A stretch of 63,465 nucleotides of DNA, filler included, from Sluysia triapertura (lineage: Eukaryota), in assembly GCA_046118255.1 (NCBI GenBank). It is 5 parts of 5 records of this genome, joined end to end, with 100 filler letters (N's around TTAATTAATTAA, not from the genome) between each part and the next. Parts side by side here need not be neighbours in the genome. Positions count along the whole stretch, not along the records: positions 23,642 to 35,181 come from JBJNIA010183513.1; positions 35,282 to 48,663 come from JBJNIA010043351.1; 3 more parts are not named here. One strand, 5' to 3'. Position 1 is the stretch's first letter; every line of letters begins with the position of its first letter. The position numbers and the translations under genes were made by a program. The notes beneath the pieces were generated by a model. It ran no database searches. It was given only the letters and a program-made list of their open reading frames with translations, and was not told the origin of the DNA. Shown in pieces: positions 25,020 to 36,619 of this stretch.

Positions 25020-25560
25020 AGCTGAGCAAACCATTTCGAACCATATTCGAGATGGATGCGACATGAGATACATGAGAAACAGTTAAATGATCGCGTCATC
25101 ATATGCATATCTCTGCTTGCTCGAACCCTTTTTGGGCTGAGAAAAAAAGCGTATCGTGAACCTGGACTACATGTCCCTCAAACTCTAAACAGAATGAAAA
25201 GCTCAATCCGGGAGGAACTGTCAGCAATTAGATTATTTAACCAAATCATACTACACTATGATAATGCTAGGTGACATAATGCTTTTGAGACAAAAAATCC
25301 AGCGTACTCCACAGATCTAGCAACGTCCCATTATCACTAGTTCTTGCAAAATATTTTGAAGAAAACAAATTGAAAAATAAACCAGAGTTTTTCACCTCTA
25401 AGGTTATGACCTTTTTCAAAGATGGTATTTACCAATTGCCATCACGCTCACAAGAGGTCATAATTAATAATGGAAATTATTTTATACAATAAATATTATT
25501 AAAAATATGAAAATTTATTGTTTTGTTTTATTCTAAAAACGACGAAACGTTGTTTCAGTT
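25020..25560 (+). mobile_element. Mariner transposase remnant with internal deletions
   Basis: WMRHEI (WVPHEL), ILHYDNAR*H (HDNARPH), PAYSTDLATSHYH (YSPDLAPSDYHLF), C-terminal DGIYQLPSR...NNGNYF. Confidence 0.9.
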
Positions 25561-25810
25561 CTAGTTCTACAATGATCACAAACAAAATATGAATAGTAAA
25601 ATAAAAATACGAACTGACTAAGTATTTACTTAGAACAAATAATCAGAAAACAAATTAAGAAAAAGTGACAATATGCAGAGAAATATTGACTGTAATAAAT
25701 CAAAAAATATATGTAAAATCAACAAAGAAATGTTTTTAATGGACAGCATATCAACAAGAATTTCGAGCAACAAATATCTTCCTGAAAATGCAAACTGTAA
25801 CTTAAAATAA

Positions 25811-25968
25811 TGTTGGGGTAAAAGGCCTAAAAAGTGCCAAGTAGTATAATTGAATATATGAAAAATGAAATTGTTAGACGGGGCTGATAGCTCAGTAGTA
25901 GAGCATTCGAACTGCGCATCGAAGGCCCCGGATTCGATCCCCGGTGGGTCCATTTTACGAAGTCGAAC

Positions 25969-25969
<1 letters not shown>
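25811..25969 (+). mobile_element. 159-bp tRNA-containing element, copy 2
   Basis: TGTT...AACA termini; ATAA flanks on both sides (25807-25810/25970-25973). Confidence 0.85.
25881..25952 (+). tRNA. tRNA-like Pol III unit (Ala-like, 8-nt anticodon loop)
   Basis: GGGCTGA-TA-GCTC-AGTAGTA-GAGC-A-TTCGA-ACTGCGCA-TCGAA-GGCC-CCGGA-TTCGATC-CCCGG-TGGGTCC-A followed by TTTT; perfect 5-bp anticodon stem. Confidence 0.7.

Positions 25970-26013
<44 letters not shown>
25970..26013. repeat. (ATA)n microsatellite
   Basis: Trinucleotide run immediately after the 159-bp element. Confidence 0.9.
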
Positions 26014-26014
<1 letters not shown>

Positions 26015-27041
26015 GTGATAATAATATAATTTTATATTAATAAGTTTATAATTTTATTCATTGATTGCTCTTCGGGTCCAAGGTTGTTGTTTTAATACCG
26101 AAAATTTGCTCGATGATTAGATCATTTAAAAATAATCAAATTTATTTTCTTGTGGAATTCATATTTTACTTGACATAGCAAAACGTTATAAATTATTTAA
26201 TTAAACAATAATAGATATAAACAAAAACAAATACTTTAGATGATTTACAAGTGATAAATTACAGATCCAATTCTTGATATCTATTATAATGATTTTCAAA
26301 TCCAGAAAAATATACCCTTAATATCATAACATATAAAAATATAATACTTATTTTGAACTTTATCTTAAGAAAGAATAAATACAGAAATTATTTCGAATTA
26401 TCAAATAGACTCTTATTTGATGACATAAAATAATTAAAATGCACAATAAATCTTTATGATGAATTATTATTATTATTATTATTATTATCATCAAAAAGTT
26501 GTCATAGATTGCCCTACCTAACGCTGAAAAAGTAATTACTAATAAATAAGAAGTGATATCATGTACACAGTATTGCGAATGTATAGGTAAGTTAAACCTT
26601 TTAGTGCTATTTTGTATTCTATAGATTTAATAATTTAATATTTAATTTACTAAAATAATGATTTTAATTTTAATTATATTTAGATTATTTGTTTCTAAAC
26701 TACATTCATTGACCTTAAGAGTGTGAAATATAGGTTGTTATATGGAAGATAATATTGAAGATGTAAATATCAATTACAGAATATATCAAATAATCGAAAA
26801 TTTATTAATAACTAATAACATAGATTTTAACAATGTATTGTACTCAATTTCAGATAGAAAAGGGGAAAAATTACACTTAATAATTAATCAAGCAGCAAGA
26901 CTAAATTTTCAAGATTTCATGTAACACATTACCGTAAAGAATTACAATAAAAGCAAGATTAGAATCCAAAATGATAATAATAAATTACCAATGCTTACAT
27001 TACGGAATATCTCTTAGAAATAATAAAAAAATTTGGAAACC

Positions 27042-27173
27042 ACAGTGATAATAAGCTAGGTGATAGGTAATATACCGTTTATGTCAAATTACTGGAAGAA
27101 TAAGGCAAAGTTCTTTATGTTTCAGAAATATTATTTGATTACTTATTTTGCAGTTGATATGAGCGCAATATAA

Positions 27174-27226
<53 letters not shown>
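27042..27226 (+). mobile_element. Non-LTR retroposon 3' end with (TTA)n tail
   Basis: ...GATATGAGCGCAATATAAATTA-(TTA)n; homologous minus-strand copies at 33620-33809 and 48575-48663. Confidence 0.6.
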
Positions 27227-27227
<1 letters not shown>

Positions 27228-28451
27228 TGTACTTTTGAATATAAATCTTTAGAAATATCTTGTAGATAATTTGAAGATAAGTATTTTTGAAAAGTATTTA
27301 TGTGTACAACGGTGACCTACCAAATGAGTGATAAAAATAACATTTTCGTATTACCTATTTTATTAAGTAGTTTAATTTGGTAATTATTTATATTTAAAAA
27401 AAACGTAAAATTTTTATGAAATTATTTTAAAATTAGTTTAGCATTTTAATTTTTGCTTTTTCTTGATTATTTTTAAACAAACTTAAACAGATTAATAATG
27501 GATTTTTGTTTTAAAACAAAAGTTTTCTTTTATATTGTCAATTCTACATCAAACATAAATTATAAAAGATTAAAACAAACAGATGATTTTTGTAAAATTT
27601 GAGATTTTGTCCTATTTTCTATTTTTCTAATACGAAACAACAAAAAATGTTATTAGATAGAAAATTTAATTAATGTTTTAATTACATAATTTGCACACAA
27701 ATTTCTAAAATCATGCCCCTTAGTAACAACAAGAACAGTAACTACTATTGGTAATAATATGTAACACACCAACAAACGCTATTTTCTTCTCCAATTTTAA
27801 ATTGGCCAATAACAATCTAATAATTCATTCAATTACCAACCAATCATCGTTTGATTTCCTCTATAACATATGCGCCCTTTCTATCAAAAGAAAGATACTT
27901 TTCTCTCATCTTTCAGTCGTCTTTTATCATTCAACTAAATTTCTTTCATCCACTTTGTGCTCCATAGAATCTCAAAGAAATTCTTCCACAAAAATAAAGA
28001 AGCTTCACTCTTTACCGATTTTCAGATCAAAGTTCGTCAGCTATACTTTCTATTTCAACAAAAAGCATCAAAATATTATTTTGTGTTTTGTTTTTTTTGT
28101 TCTTGTGTACTCCTTTTTATTTTTTATTAATTTTATATTGTTATTTTAGATTTTTTTGTGTTTTTTGTTTTTTTTTTCGTGATTTATATTTGTATTTGTT
28201 TTATTCTTTTGTGTCGAAAAATAAAACAAAAAAGCAATTCTCTTTGTCAATCTCTTTTATTTTCTTTTTTGTTTGTTTGTTTGTTTTGAAAACATTTTTG
28301 TCGATTGTCGTCTATTTTTGATCGTCTTATTACGAAAAAAATCGACTTAATTATTGACATTATTTGGTGTGTATTAAAACAAACAATAGCATTATTATCA
28401 TTCACCCAATAATATTTTATAATATAATAAAGAAATCAGCACAATTAAGGC

Positions 28452-28494
28452 ATGAGTGAATACGATCCACAGAATCAATACGCTGAACAAGCAG
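28452..28494 (+). CDS. Host gene exon 1 (MSEYDPQNQYAEQA)
   Basis: ATG, GC-elevated codons, CAG|GT donor, phase 1 matching exon 2. Confidence 0.7.
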
Positions 28495-28682
28495 GTTAAA
28501 TTTTCTTTGTTTATTATGAACATAAATTAAAGGACAAAGTAGAAGATAAAAAAAGAATACAAAAAATTTAAAAATATAAAAATGTTTATTTATAATTTTT
28601 CTTATTGTTGAATTTATTAAAAAAAATAAAACAGAATAAATAATATTGTTTCTTTTTTTTGAAAATTAATTATTTTTTCTAG

Positions 28683-28847
28683 GTAGCTTGTATAGATCAG
28701 CTTCCAATTATTCATTGTCGTGTAATGGCAATCCTGCAGCACAATTTAATCCATTGTATGGTACTCCGGATTTTTCATCTTGGCAATCGGCAGCAGCAGC
28801 TGCAGCTTATGCTACGCCATCTTCGTCAATCAGATCGTATTATCCAA
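28683..28847 (+). CDS. Host gene exon 2 (GSLYRSASNY...DFSSWQSAAAAAAYATPSSSIRSYYP)
   Basis: TTTTTCTAG acceptor, GTATGT donor, 165 nt open, phase 1-1. Confidence 0.8.
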
Positions 28848-31800
28848 GTATGTAAAACAAGTATTTATTATTATTATTATTTTCAATGTGTTTCACTAAT
28901 ATTTATACAATTTCACTTTGAAACATTTTTTATGTTTGTAAAATTAAATTTGAAATCAATAAATTAAATTTTGGATATTGTTAATTTTAATACTCAATCT
29001 TTAAAATTATTCATGTTTTATTTTATTTTTTAAAGTTTAAATTAGATAGTTTAAATTAAATTACTTAAGTTACAATAAGAATATTTTGGAATATTAATAA
29101 ATATGCTCGATAATATTATTTTAATTCAATTAATTTAAATGAATTTTTTATAAATATATTTCACAACATTTTGAAGAACAAAACAGAATAGAAAATGTAA
29201 AAATTAAAACAACAAAACATATTTCGTTATAATACCATTGAAGAGTAATGTTATTTAAGTAGAAATTTAGATTGGCCATAATTCTAAATATTTATTAATG
29301 TATTAAAACTTATTTGTTCATTTTAAAGCATTTTAAATTTTTTAAAAACTATTATTTCACAATTATTTTATTATTACTTGTCTAAGCTTAGCAATTATAA
29401 TATCAATAAAAGAGAATATTAAAAATCAAAATTTAAACCTCAAAATTAATATTTTTACAACTCAACCTATTAGTTAATTTTAATTAATGAATTAAAAAGT
29501 GAAATTGAGCAAAATTGTCTCTCGTTCTAAAACATTGTTATTAATCATAAATTTTCCTTTAATCTTCTAAATTAATATATTTACATTTTCCAAGAAACTT
29601 TAAATCTCATTGTTTTATGATTAATCCGTTATAAAATATAAATTAGTGTATTAAATAAAGATTAATAATTACTAAAATTAAATTTTTTGAGTTTGTTTAA
29701 ATAAACTATGAACACATACTTATTTTTGATTGTTTACTTGAATATTTAATATGGCAAAGGAAAATATTCTGGACAAGACTTCCTGTTAACAGAGCAAGTG
29801 GAATCTTTACAAAAAAATTGATAAAAGTATATCTTTTCGTGATATGAATATATATAGTTTGTAGATATATGCAATGTATTATCTTTATTAGTTCATAAAG
29901 TAAAAACAAGAAAAATTATGATACAGCTATTAGATACTGAATATAACTTCATTATTACAGTGGACAAAACTATGATACCTAGACTTTTCAAGGCTGAGCA
30001 GGGCTGTCTCGATTAAAATGGATATTGATTAAATAGTTAATACGTAGTACAAATATTAGTTCATGATGTAATTAATAATGATTTTTACATTTGAAGTATT
30101 TTATCGGCTACACCAATGATTTTCATTATTTAAACATATTTATTTGTTAATTATTTCAGCATTAGAAATTCGAAATGTCATTTTCTACGTTGCATTTTTA
30201 ATAGTAAGAAATATTCGGCTTCTAATTTTATGCAACTTATATACAAAAATTAAATGTGTAGTTGCACTTATTATAAGAAAATATTAAAGTAAATTTCTGC
30301 TTTATTGAAGTTATTATTGTGATGATTTTTGTCAATTTAAAGCAATTAATTGAAAATAAATAAAATTAAAAATATATATATAGGGAGTGGCTAAATTTAT
30401 ACAATATGAATTGAATATATTAACAACAAAAAAATGAAAAAATACACAAAATATTTATATTTGTAAGGAAATATGTCTACAAATGGAAAAATTCAATTGA
30501 TCAAGACTCATCAAAGAATGAGATAATGTGTTATTTTGTTTCAAAAAAAGAAAAATCAAACATTTAGTAATGAACACAAACAAAAAGCAAAACAAAACAT
30601 AAATGAAATGAAATAAGAATAGTGAACTATAATGTTATACAGTGTTACTAGAAATATAAATTGAAAACGAGTTGTATTTTTTTTATAAAGCACGAATTCT
30701 TTCGAAAATTTGATGTAATGATGTGGTAGTATTCATTTTTAATTGTATTGCTAAAAATTATTATTATCAATAGTATTATAACTATTATTATCATTATTAT
30801 ATTATCACTATTATTAACATTATATTATTATTATTATCATTATTTTTTTATAAGAAATATTTGATCCCTTTAGAGTGTAAATTTCAGAACCATCATTATT
30901 TTGCTTGTACAATAAATTTTCTAAACTTTATTAATTAACTACTTCAAACGTTCAAAAATTGAAACTAATTCTTATTCTAACTAATTAATTCTTATAGTTT
31001 TATGCACATAATGTGTAGAAAATATAAAAGATTATAAATATCAATTTTGTTCGTAATTCCGAATGTTAGGACAGTAATTGGTTTATCGCAATAATTTTAA
31101 TAATCGTCTTCATAAATATTTGAAATTTAAAACCTTCAAGGATATTTTCTGTGAAACTTGGCTTACGTTAGTTGAGACTCTTAAAGCTTTATTATTAATA
31201 TGAGTAAATGAGTTAGTTGTACAAGTTCTACTAAGACTAATACCTAATAATAATAATGATAATTATAATAATAATATTTCTACTACTACTACTACTACTA
31301 CTACTACTGTTTTTAACATACGGAAATGAATGAGAAAGATTAAAAGAGAACATCAATAATAATCTTCTATGTAACACTCTTTGATAGTTGGAATATCAAA
31401 CGATTATGTTAATGTAGACCTGTCTTTCAATAATTAGATTCTCATTTTAATGATTAACTTTATTTGTAGATATAATTTTGCTAAAACATTTATATTTATC
31501 ATTTTTGTTTATGCATGTGTGTTTTGTTTTGTGTATGTTACTATTTTAGTTTTATTTAGTATTCAGTTATTAAATTATTATTAATTAATTTTTATTAATA
31601 CAATCAAGTTTTGTTTCATCGTCTTTTTCAAACTAAAACATTGTAAACATTCTCTTTTTTTGTTGCTTTGTATTAAATTTTTCGTTTTGTAATTTGTATA
31701 AAAGTTGTATTTTACCCTTATTTTTGCACACTTGCAATGGGGAATTTTAATACACACATATATGTCGATTTTATTGAAATGTTAAGCTTTCTTTTTTAAA

Positions 31801-31899
31801 CTATTATGAAAAATTGCAGTTGCCGTGAAATGTTATGACAGATTTCTCTCGGTGGATATAAAAATATAAGAAATGGTGACTTACTTTTTGTTATGCACC

Positions 31900-32409
31900 C
31901 AACGCCGGATAAAAGGGCGAGCAAGCCGGGCAACTGCCTGGGACGCCGATATAAAAATAAAATATTTTTTAACTTTCATTATTTTTTTAGATTTTATAAA
32001 TTAAAATAGATCATTATTTTAATATTGTAAACTGTTTATAAACTGATTTTCAAAATAAATTAATTTAACTATGTAATTGAATTTTTGACAAATAGCATTA
32101 CACCAAAACTTCGTATGTCACACGAATGCAATAAGAATAGCATAACTTACTTTACGAAATTCTCGTTTCTTCGTCGCTCAATCTTCAAATGCGCTCGTTG
32201 TGTTATTCCTTATGTTGTATCGCTTGTAAGTAAATAACTCTTGTATTATTTTTTAAATAAATTTTTTACGCAGTTCTTTATTGTGTAATTTTGATTTTTT
32301 GCCGTTTTTTACTATTTTTTTTAATTCGCAGTACATTTGTATATTCTTATATGAAAGGGCTCAAAATTTTGTTTAGCCCGAGGCGCCCAAAACCCTGGAT
32401 CCGGCCATA
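31900..32409. mobile_element. hAT-like MITE in intron 2
   Basis: Degenerate TIRs ...GCCGGAT / ATCCGGCC..., GC-rich subterminal GCC(T/C)G(G/A)G(A/G)CGCC motifs at both ends, AT-rich core. Confidence 0.6.
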
Positions 32410-32530
32410 TATATACCTTTTCCCCATCACATGGCTTTCATTGTTATTTAGATTATTTTTAAACAAAATATTATATTATGAGAATTTGTTTTAATTTATT
32501 ATTTTACTTATTAATTCTAGGATTACCGGG

Positions 32531-33021
32531 AAAAAATTACGTAGATTACCAAGCATTAACAAAATTGTCCACAATGCAAATTTATTTTTTCAATAAATTG
32601 CATATTTAAACACACTCATTACATATTATTTCCTTCTTTGAATGTAAAATACAAACATAATTTTTGCATTTACCATACAGACACACACACACACACACAC
32701 TAGAAATTATTTTAGCTAATTTGGTTTTCATATAATTGTTATAACAAATAAAGTATGTTTCTCGGAATGTTGTTCTTTATGTTGATATTGATTCCGCTCT
32801 AAATATCAGTGCGCAATCCTACAATATTTCTTGTTTCTACGTCAGGATTGCCTTACGCAAAATTAAAATTGAAAATAATAATCGATAATTCATGTTTTAT
32901 GAAGCGAAAATGACTTTAAATTGTATGGATATTTATAAAATTACAATAAAAAAGTTTCAAACTTCATCTCCACATCTGTGGACAATTTTACCCATGCTTG
33001 GTAATCGCAGGGTGATTTTTT
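32531..33021. mobile_element. Inverted-repeat-bounded MITE in intron 2
   Basis: GATTACCAAGCAT....AAAATTGTCCACA near 32544-32573 is mirrored by TGTGGACAATTTT....ATGCTTGGTAATC near 32977-33006; contains an (AC)n run. Confidence 0.65.
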
Positions 33022-33619
33022 ATTGACTTGTGAAATTAAGAATTCGTTGAATTGAATGAGAAACATTAGTACCACTGTTTTTATTTAGATTTCCAAAAAT
33101 ATCTTCAAAATAAACCAAAGTAATAATTTTATATTAAGATTTTTATTTTAACCTTTAGTGTACGAATGTTAGATATATCTAACATTTAAATTAATGGTCA
33201 AAATAGTCGAATGTTATATATATTTAACACTTATAAAATTTTTTATGAATCACTGTAGCAATATTTTTTATGAATAAACAAATAGTTTAAGTAGGCAGCA
33301 TTGCGTTTAAAAAATCAGTTTCCAGCACACTTTGTAGTTTTTATATATTGTACACTAAATGTTAAATAAAGCATTCATTTGTAGATGTCAGAAAAATTAA
33401 AATTATCTGCATCTTTAGTACTGATTACCGAAAAATGAAAAAATAATAAAAACTTTCAAATCTCTTATTATTGAAGAAATAATATCACTAAATTTAAAAT
33501 GATAAATCTTTGTATAAGGTATAATAAGTTATAATAAAATGGTTCAATATTTTGTCGTAGCTAACAGAAAATCAGATACCATTTTTGAAGATGGTGCAGC
33601 AAAATTATTATTATTATCA

Positions 33620-33809
33620 CTATTATTAACAACAATAATAATAAACATTAATTTATATTGCACCAATACCTACTGTAAAATAAGTACTCAAAAGCGCTGA
33701 AAAATAAATTATTCTAAAGCAGTGAGAAATTTATTTTTGTCTTAAATATTTCATAATCTTTCAGTAATATTTTTGAAACATAACCTATCACCTAGCTTAT
33801 TATCACTGT
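33620..33809 (-). mobile_element. Non-LTR retroposon 3' end (family of 27042)
   Basis: 33783-33809 is a perfect 27-bp reverse complement of 27042-27068, plus the shared ACTTATTTT(A/G)CAGT...GCAATATAAATTA end. Confidence 0.6.
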
Positions 33810-34322
33810 CGATTCCGTTTACATTATTATATATTCAAACAAAATTTTATTCGAAGCTAAATAATTATTGAGACAATTTGAAATATATAAAATGAAATAT
33901 GACATTTCCAAATACGGAAAAATGTCATTTGCACAATTAAAAATACTTTAAAATGTGACAAAATCTGAAAATATAGAAAATAAATTTAAATGTAAATGAT
34001 ATTGCTAAGTACTTTACGGTATTTACTTGTATTTTTGCTTTTGTAAAATTGAATTCATTGTACTCCAATTAAATAACGATAACAATAAACAGATAAACTA
34101 AATTAATAAATTATTTAATTAAAAAATTTCCATTTCAAAGTGCTAACATTAATGATAAACCTACAAATAAAATAGAATATATAGTTATATATTTTTGTTA
34201 ACTTTAAGAAAATAATTAAAATACTTAAATAACAAACTATGAAAATTTATTTTTATTTTATTAATAATATTCATAAATGTGTTACTTACTAACTCTAGTA
34301 GATGATATTATGGATTTTATAG

Positions 34323-34599
34323 GCGCTGCAAATTTTATCAGTCAAACAGCGGCAGCAAGTGGGGGTAGATTTTCACCAAGTTTACTGAATCCTGCTGCAG
34401 CAGCAGCTGCCGCGGTTCAAAATCCAGCTGGCAATGGTGCACCCCATTTTTATTCTTTCCCAGATGTAACTGGTGGAGTTGGAACTGGAAATCCAATGTG
34501 TACTTTACCAAATGGTCAGAATTTTTCATTCAATTCATATTCGGCAGTAGCTGGAGGATCATCATTTAGAAATTCAGGGCTTGTTTCAGATCCAACTAG
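34323..34599 (+). CDS. Host gene exon 3 (AANFISQTAAASGG...GLVSDPT); Ala/Gly/Tyr-rich transcription-factor-like N-terminal region
   Basis: TTTTATAG acceptor in phase 1 continues exon 2; open GC-elevated frame with poly-Ala. The donor AG|GTTCGA is weak, so the end is tentative. Downstream exons not identified. Confidence 0.75.
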
Positions 34600-34994
34600 G
34601 TTCGATTTTGATTATTGTTGTAATCGTATTTCCTACATTATAGTACAGTTCAATATTATCTCTCTTATATCCAACAAATTCAATAAAATAAAATATGTTA
34701 TAAGCATTTTATTAATACGACTATTATCTGCTAAATAAAACAAGAAAATGGTCTAAGGTTTTGAGGTTAACGTTTCAAGAATAATCTCAAGTTCCTTTAA
34801 GAGTCTTTGAACCTTCAAGGTATTGTTCAGTGCCAAAAATGGCCATAGATATTTTCATCTTCAATAATATTATGTCAACTCTTCATGTATTTATCCAATT
34901 CCATGTTTTCTTTACTCACATATCTTAAGCTTTGATAGGCTCATTTGTGCCAATTAAATTAGCTCGATTGTTATTTATAATCAATTGAGTTATA

Positions 34995-35181
34995 CAGTGT
35001 TGGCCATTTTTGTGATAAAATTCAACATTTTTCAAGGATACTATGAAACTATTAATCAAAAGTGCATAAATACATGCCATTCACTGACAGCTGTCACGGA
35101 AAACGTAAAATGTTGGAAAATAACTACTTTCTCCAAAAAAAATTCTGGTGAAAGTAAAATAATAGATAAAAATACTGAGAT
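34995..35181 (+). mobile_element. Tc1-like transposon terminus
   Basis: TA target followed by CAGTGTTGGCCA (Tc1 TIR begins CAGTGCTGGCCA); runs into a gap. Confidence 0.55.
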
Positions 35182-35281
35182 NNNNNNNNNNNNNNNNNNN
35201 NNNNNNNNNNNNNNNNNNNNNNNNNTTAATTAATTAANNNNNNNNNNNNNNNNNNNNNNNNNNNNNNNNNNNNNNNNNNNN
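35182..35281. other. Assembly gap with linker
   Basis: N-TTAATTAATTAA-N. Confidence 0.97.
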
Positions 35282-35355
35282 CAAATTTATATAGAAATTT
35301 AAGTAATTTTTAATCAAACCAGTCAAAATGACTGGTTTGGTAAATCTAGTGTTAA
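35282..35355. mobile_element. piggyBac-type terminus
   Basis: ACCAGTCAAAATGACTGGT subterminal palindrome and terminal ...CTAGTG-TTAA. Confidence 0.6.
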
Positions 35356-36619
35356 TATTTAACAAGCTTTTGTTTAATTAACTTTATTCAGCAAAACAAA
35401 ATACACGGAAGTACAATACTATCAAATTATAATAAATATTATTTAATTGCTACAGAAATATTACAAAAAAACAACACAATTTATAAAACAGTTTTATACA
35501 AAATTGTTAATAACACACGAATATTTACGTTAAAAAAGAAGTACGATAAATAAAACTATACGAATGTTTACGTTATAAGAATTTTTAAATATTATTTTTT
35601 TCAAAACTATAATATATGTGATGAAATTAATCGATTTTTTTATTTTCTTAATAAAATTTACTAAACGTTAAAATATTTTTTGTATTTTGTAACATTCTGT
35701 TAAATTTTCGAACTTAAGAAATTCGGATAATGGATGAAAGAAATAACGGATAAAGTTATTCGTTTCTAGTAAAGTAATGAAATATAAATCGGTAAACTGA
35801 TTTTTTTAAATTAACAATAAGATAAATCAAAAACTGGAACTTGAATTCAAATTAGACTTGACAAAAATTCAAAATTATGTTCTATTTGTCATCATTAATT
35901 AATTTATGATAATATATAGAAGTGAATTTATGATGTTATACAGAATTGCGGTGCTTATTTATGGCAAAATTTGATGATCTGATGATGACTTGGTTTTCAG
36001 AAGTATTTTTAGATTAATGTGATGATTAATAATAATATTTATAATAGTACTTTTGACAATAATAATAATTTTTGATTTAATTATAACAATACAATAATAA
36101 TAACAAAATAATAATATTAATGGTTTTTTAATACAATAATATTTAATAGTAATAATATAATTTATAATGATTCCTTTAACAACTATTTTTTAAAATAAAT
36201 TAGAATTTCAAATATTTTAATTTTCTAAAGCATATTTACATTAATTTAATTTCACGTATTAAAATTTTACTTTAAAACTATATATGTTTTAAAACTATCT
36301 AAATTTATCTAAATTTTAAAATTTACACTGTAGCACATTTACAAATTTATAAAACGACTTCAAATTCAGTGGTAGTCTGCGGTCGTTTTACCGAGTTGTA
36401 AAAAAATCTAGACCTCAAACACACGAGTCTGATTAAACTTTACCGCCATGTGAATTTTGGTTGCTTTTTGCTAGATAAAATTTGATTTTGGCTCCTTTTT
36501 TAATAGTGGTTTGGTTTAGAATTTGGTGGACCTTTTTTTCTTGGGTTTAAGAGGTACATAGTCCAATGGTCCTGCTCATAAGTTAGAAGGATTTAATCAA
36601 TTTCAAAACATATTAAACT

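Noticed and set aside
25630-25953. ORF starting MDPPGIESGAFDAQFECSTTEL
   Set aside because: Antisense translation of the tRNA-like sequence; the same applies to the C-terminus of ORF 18937-19254 in sense
27748-28321. Hydrophobic ORFs upstream of the host gene
   Set aside because: Low-complexity T-rich promoter or 5' UTR sequence without coding features
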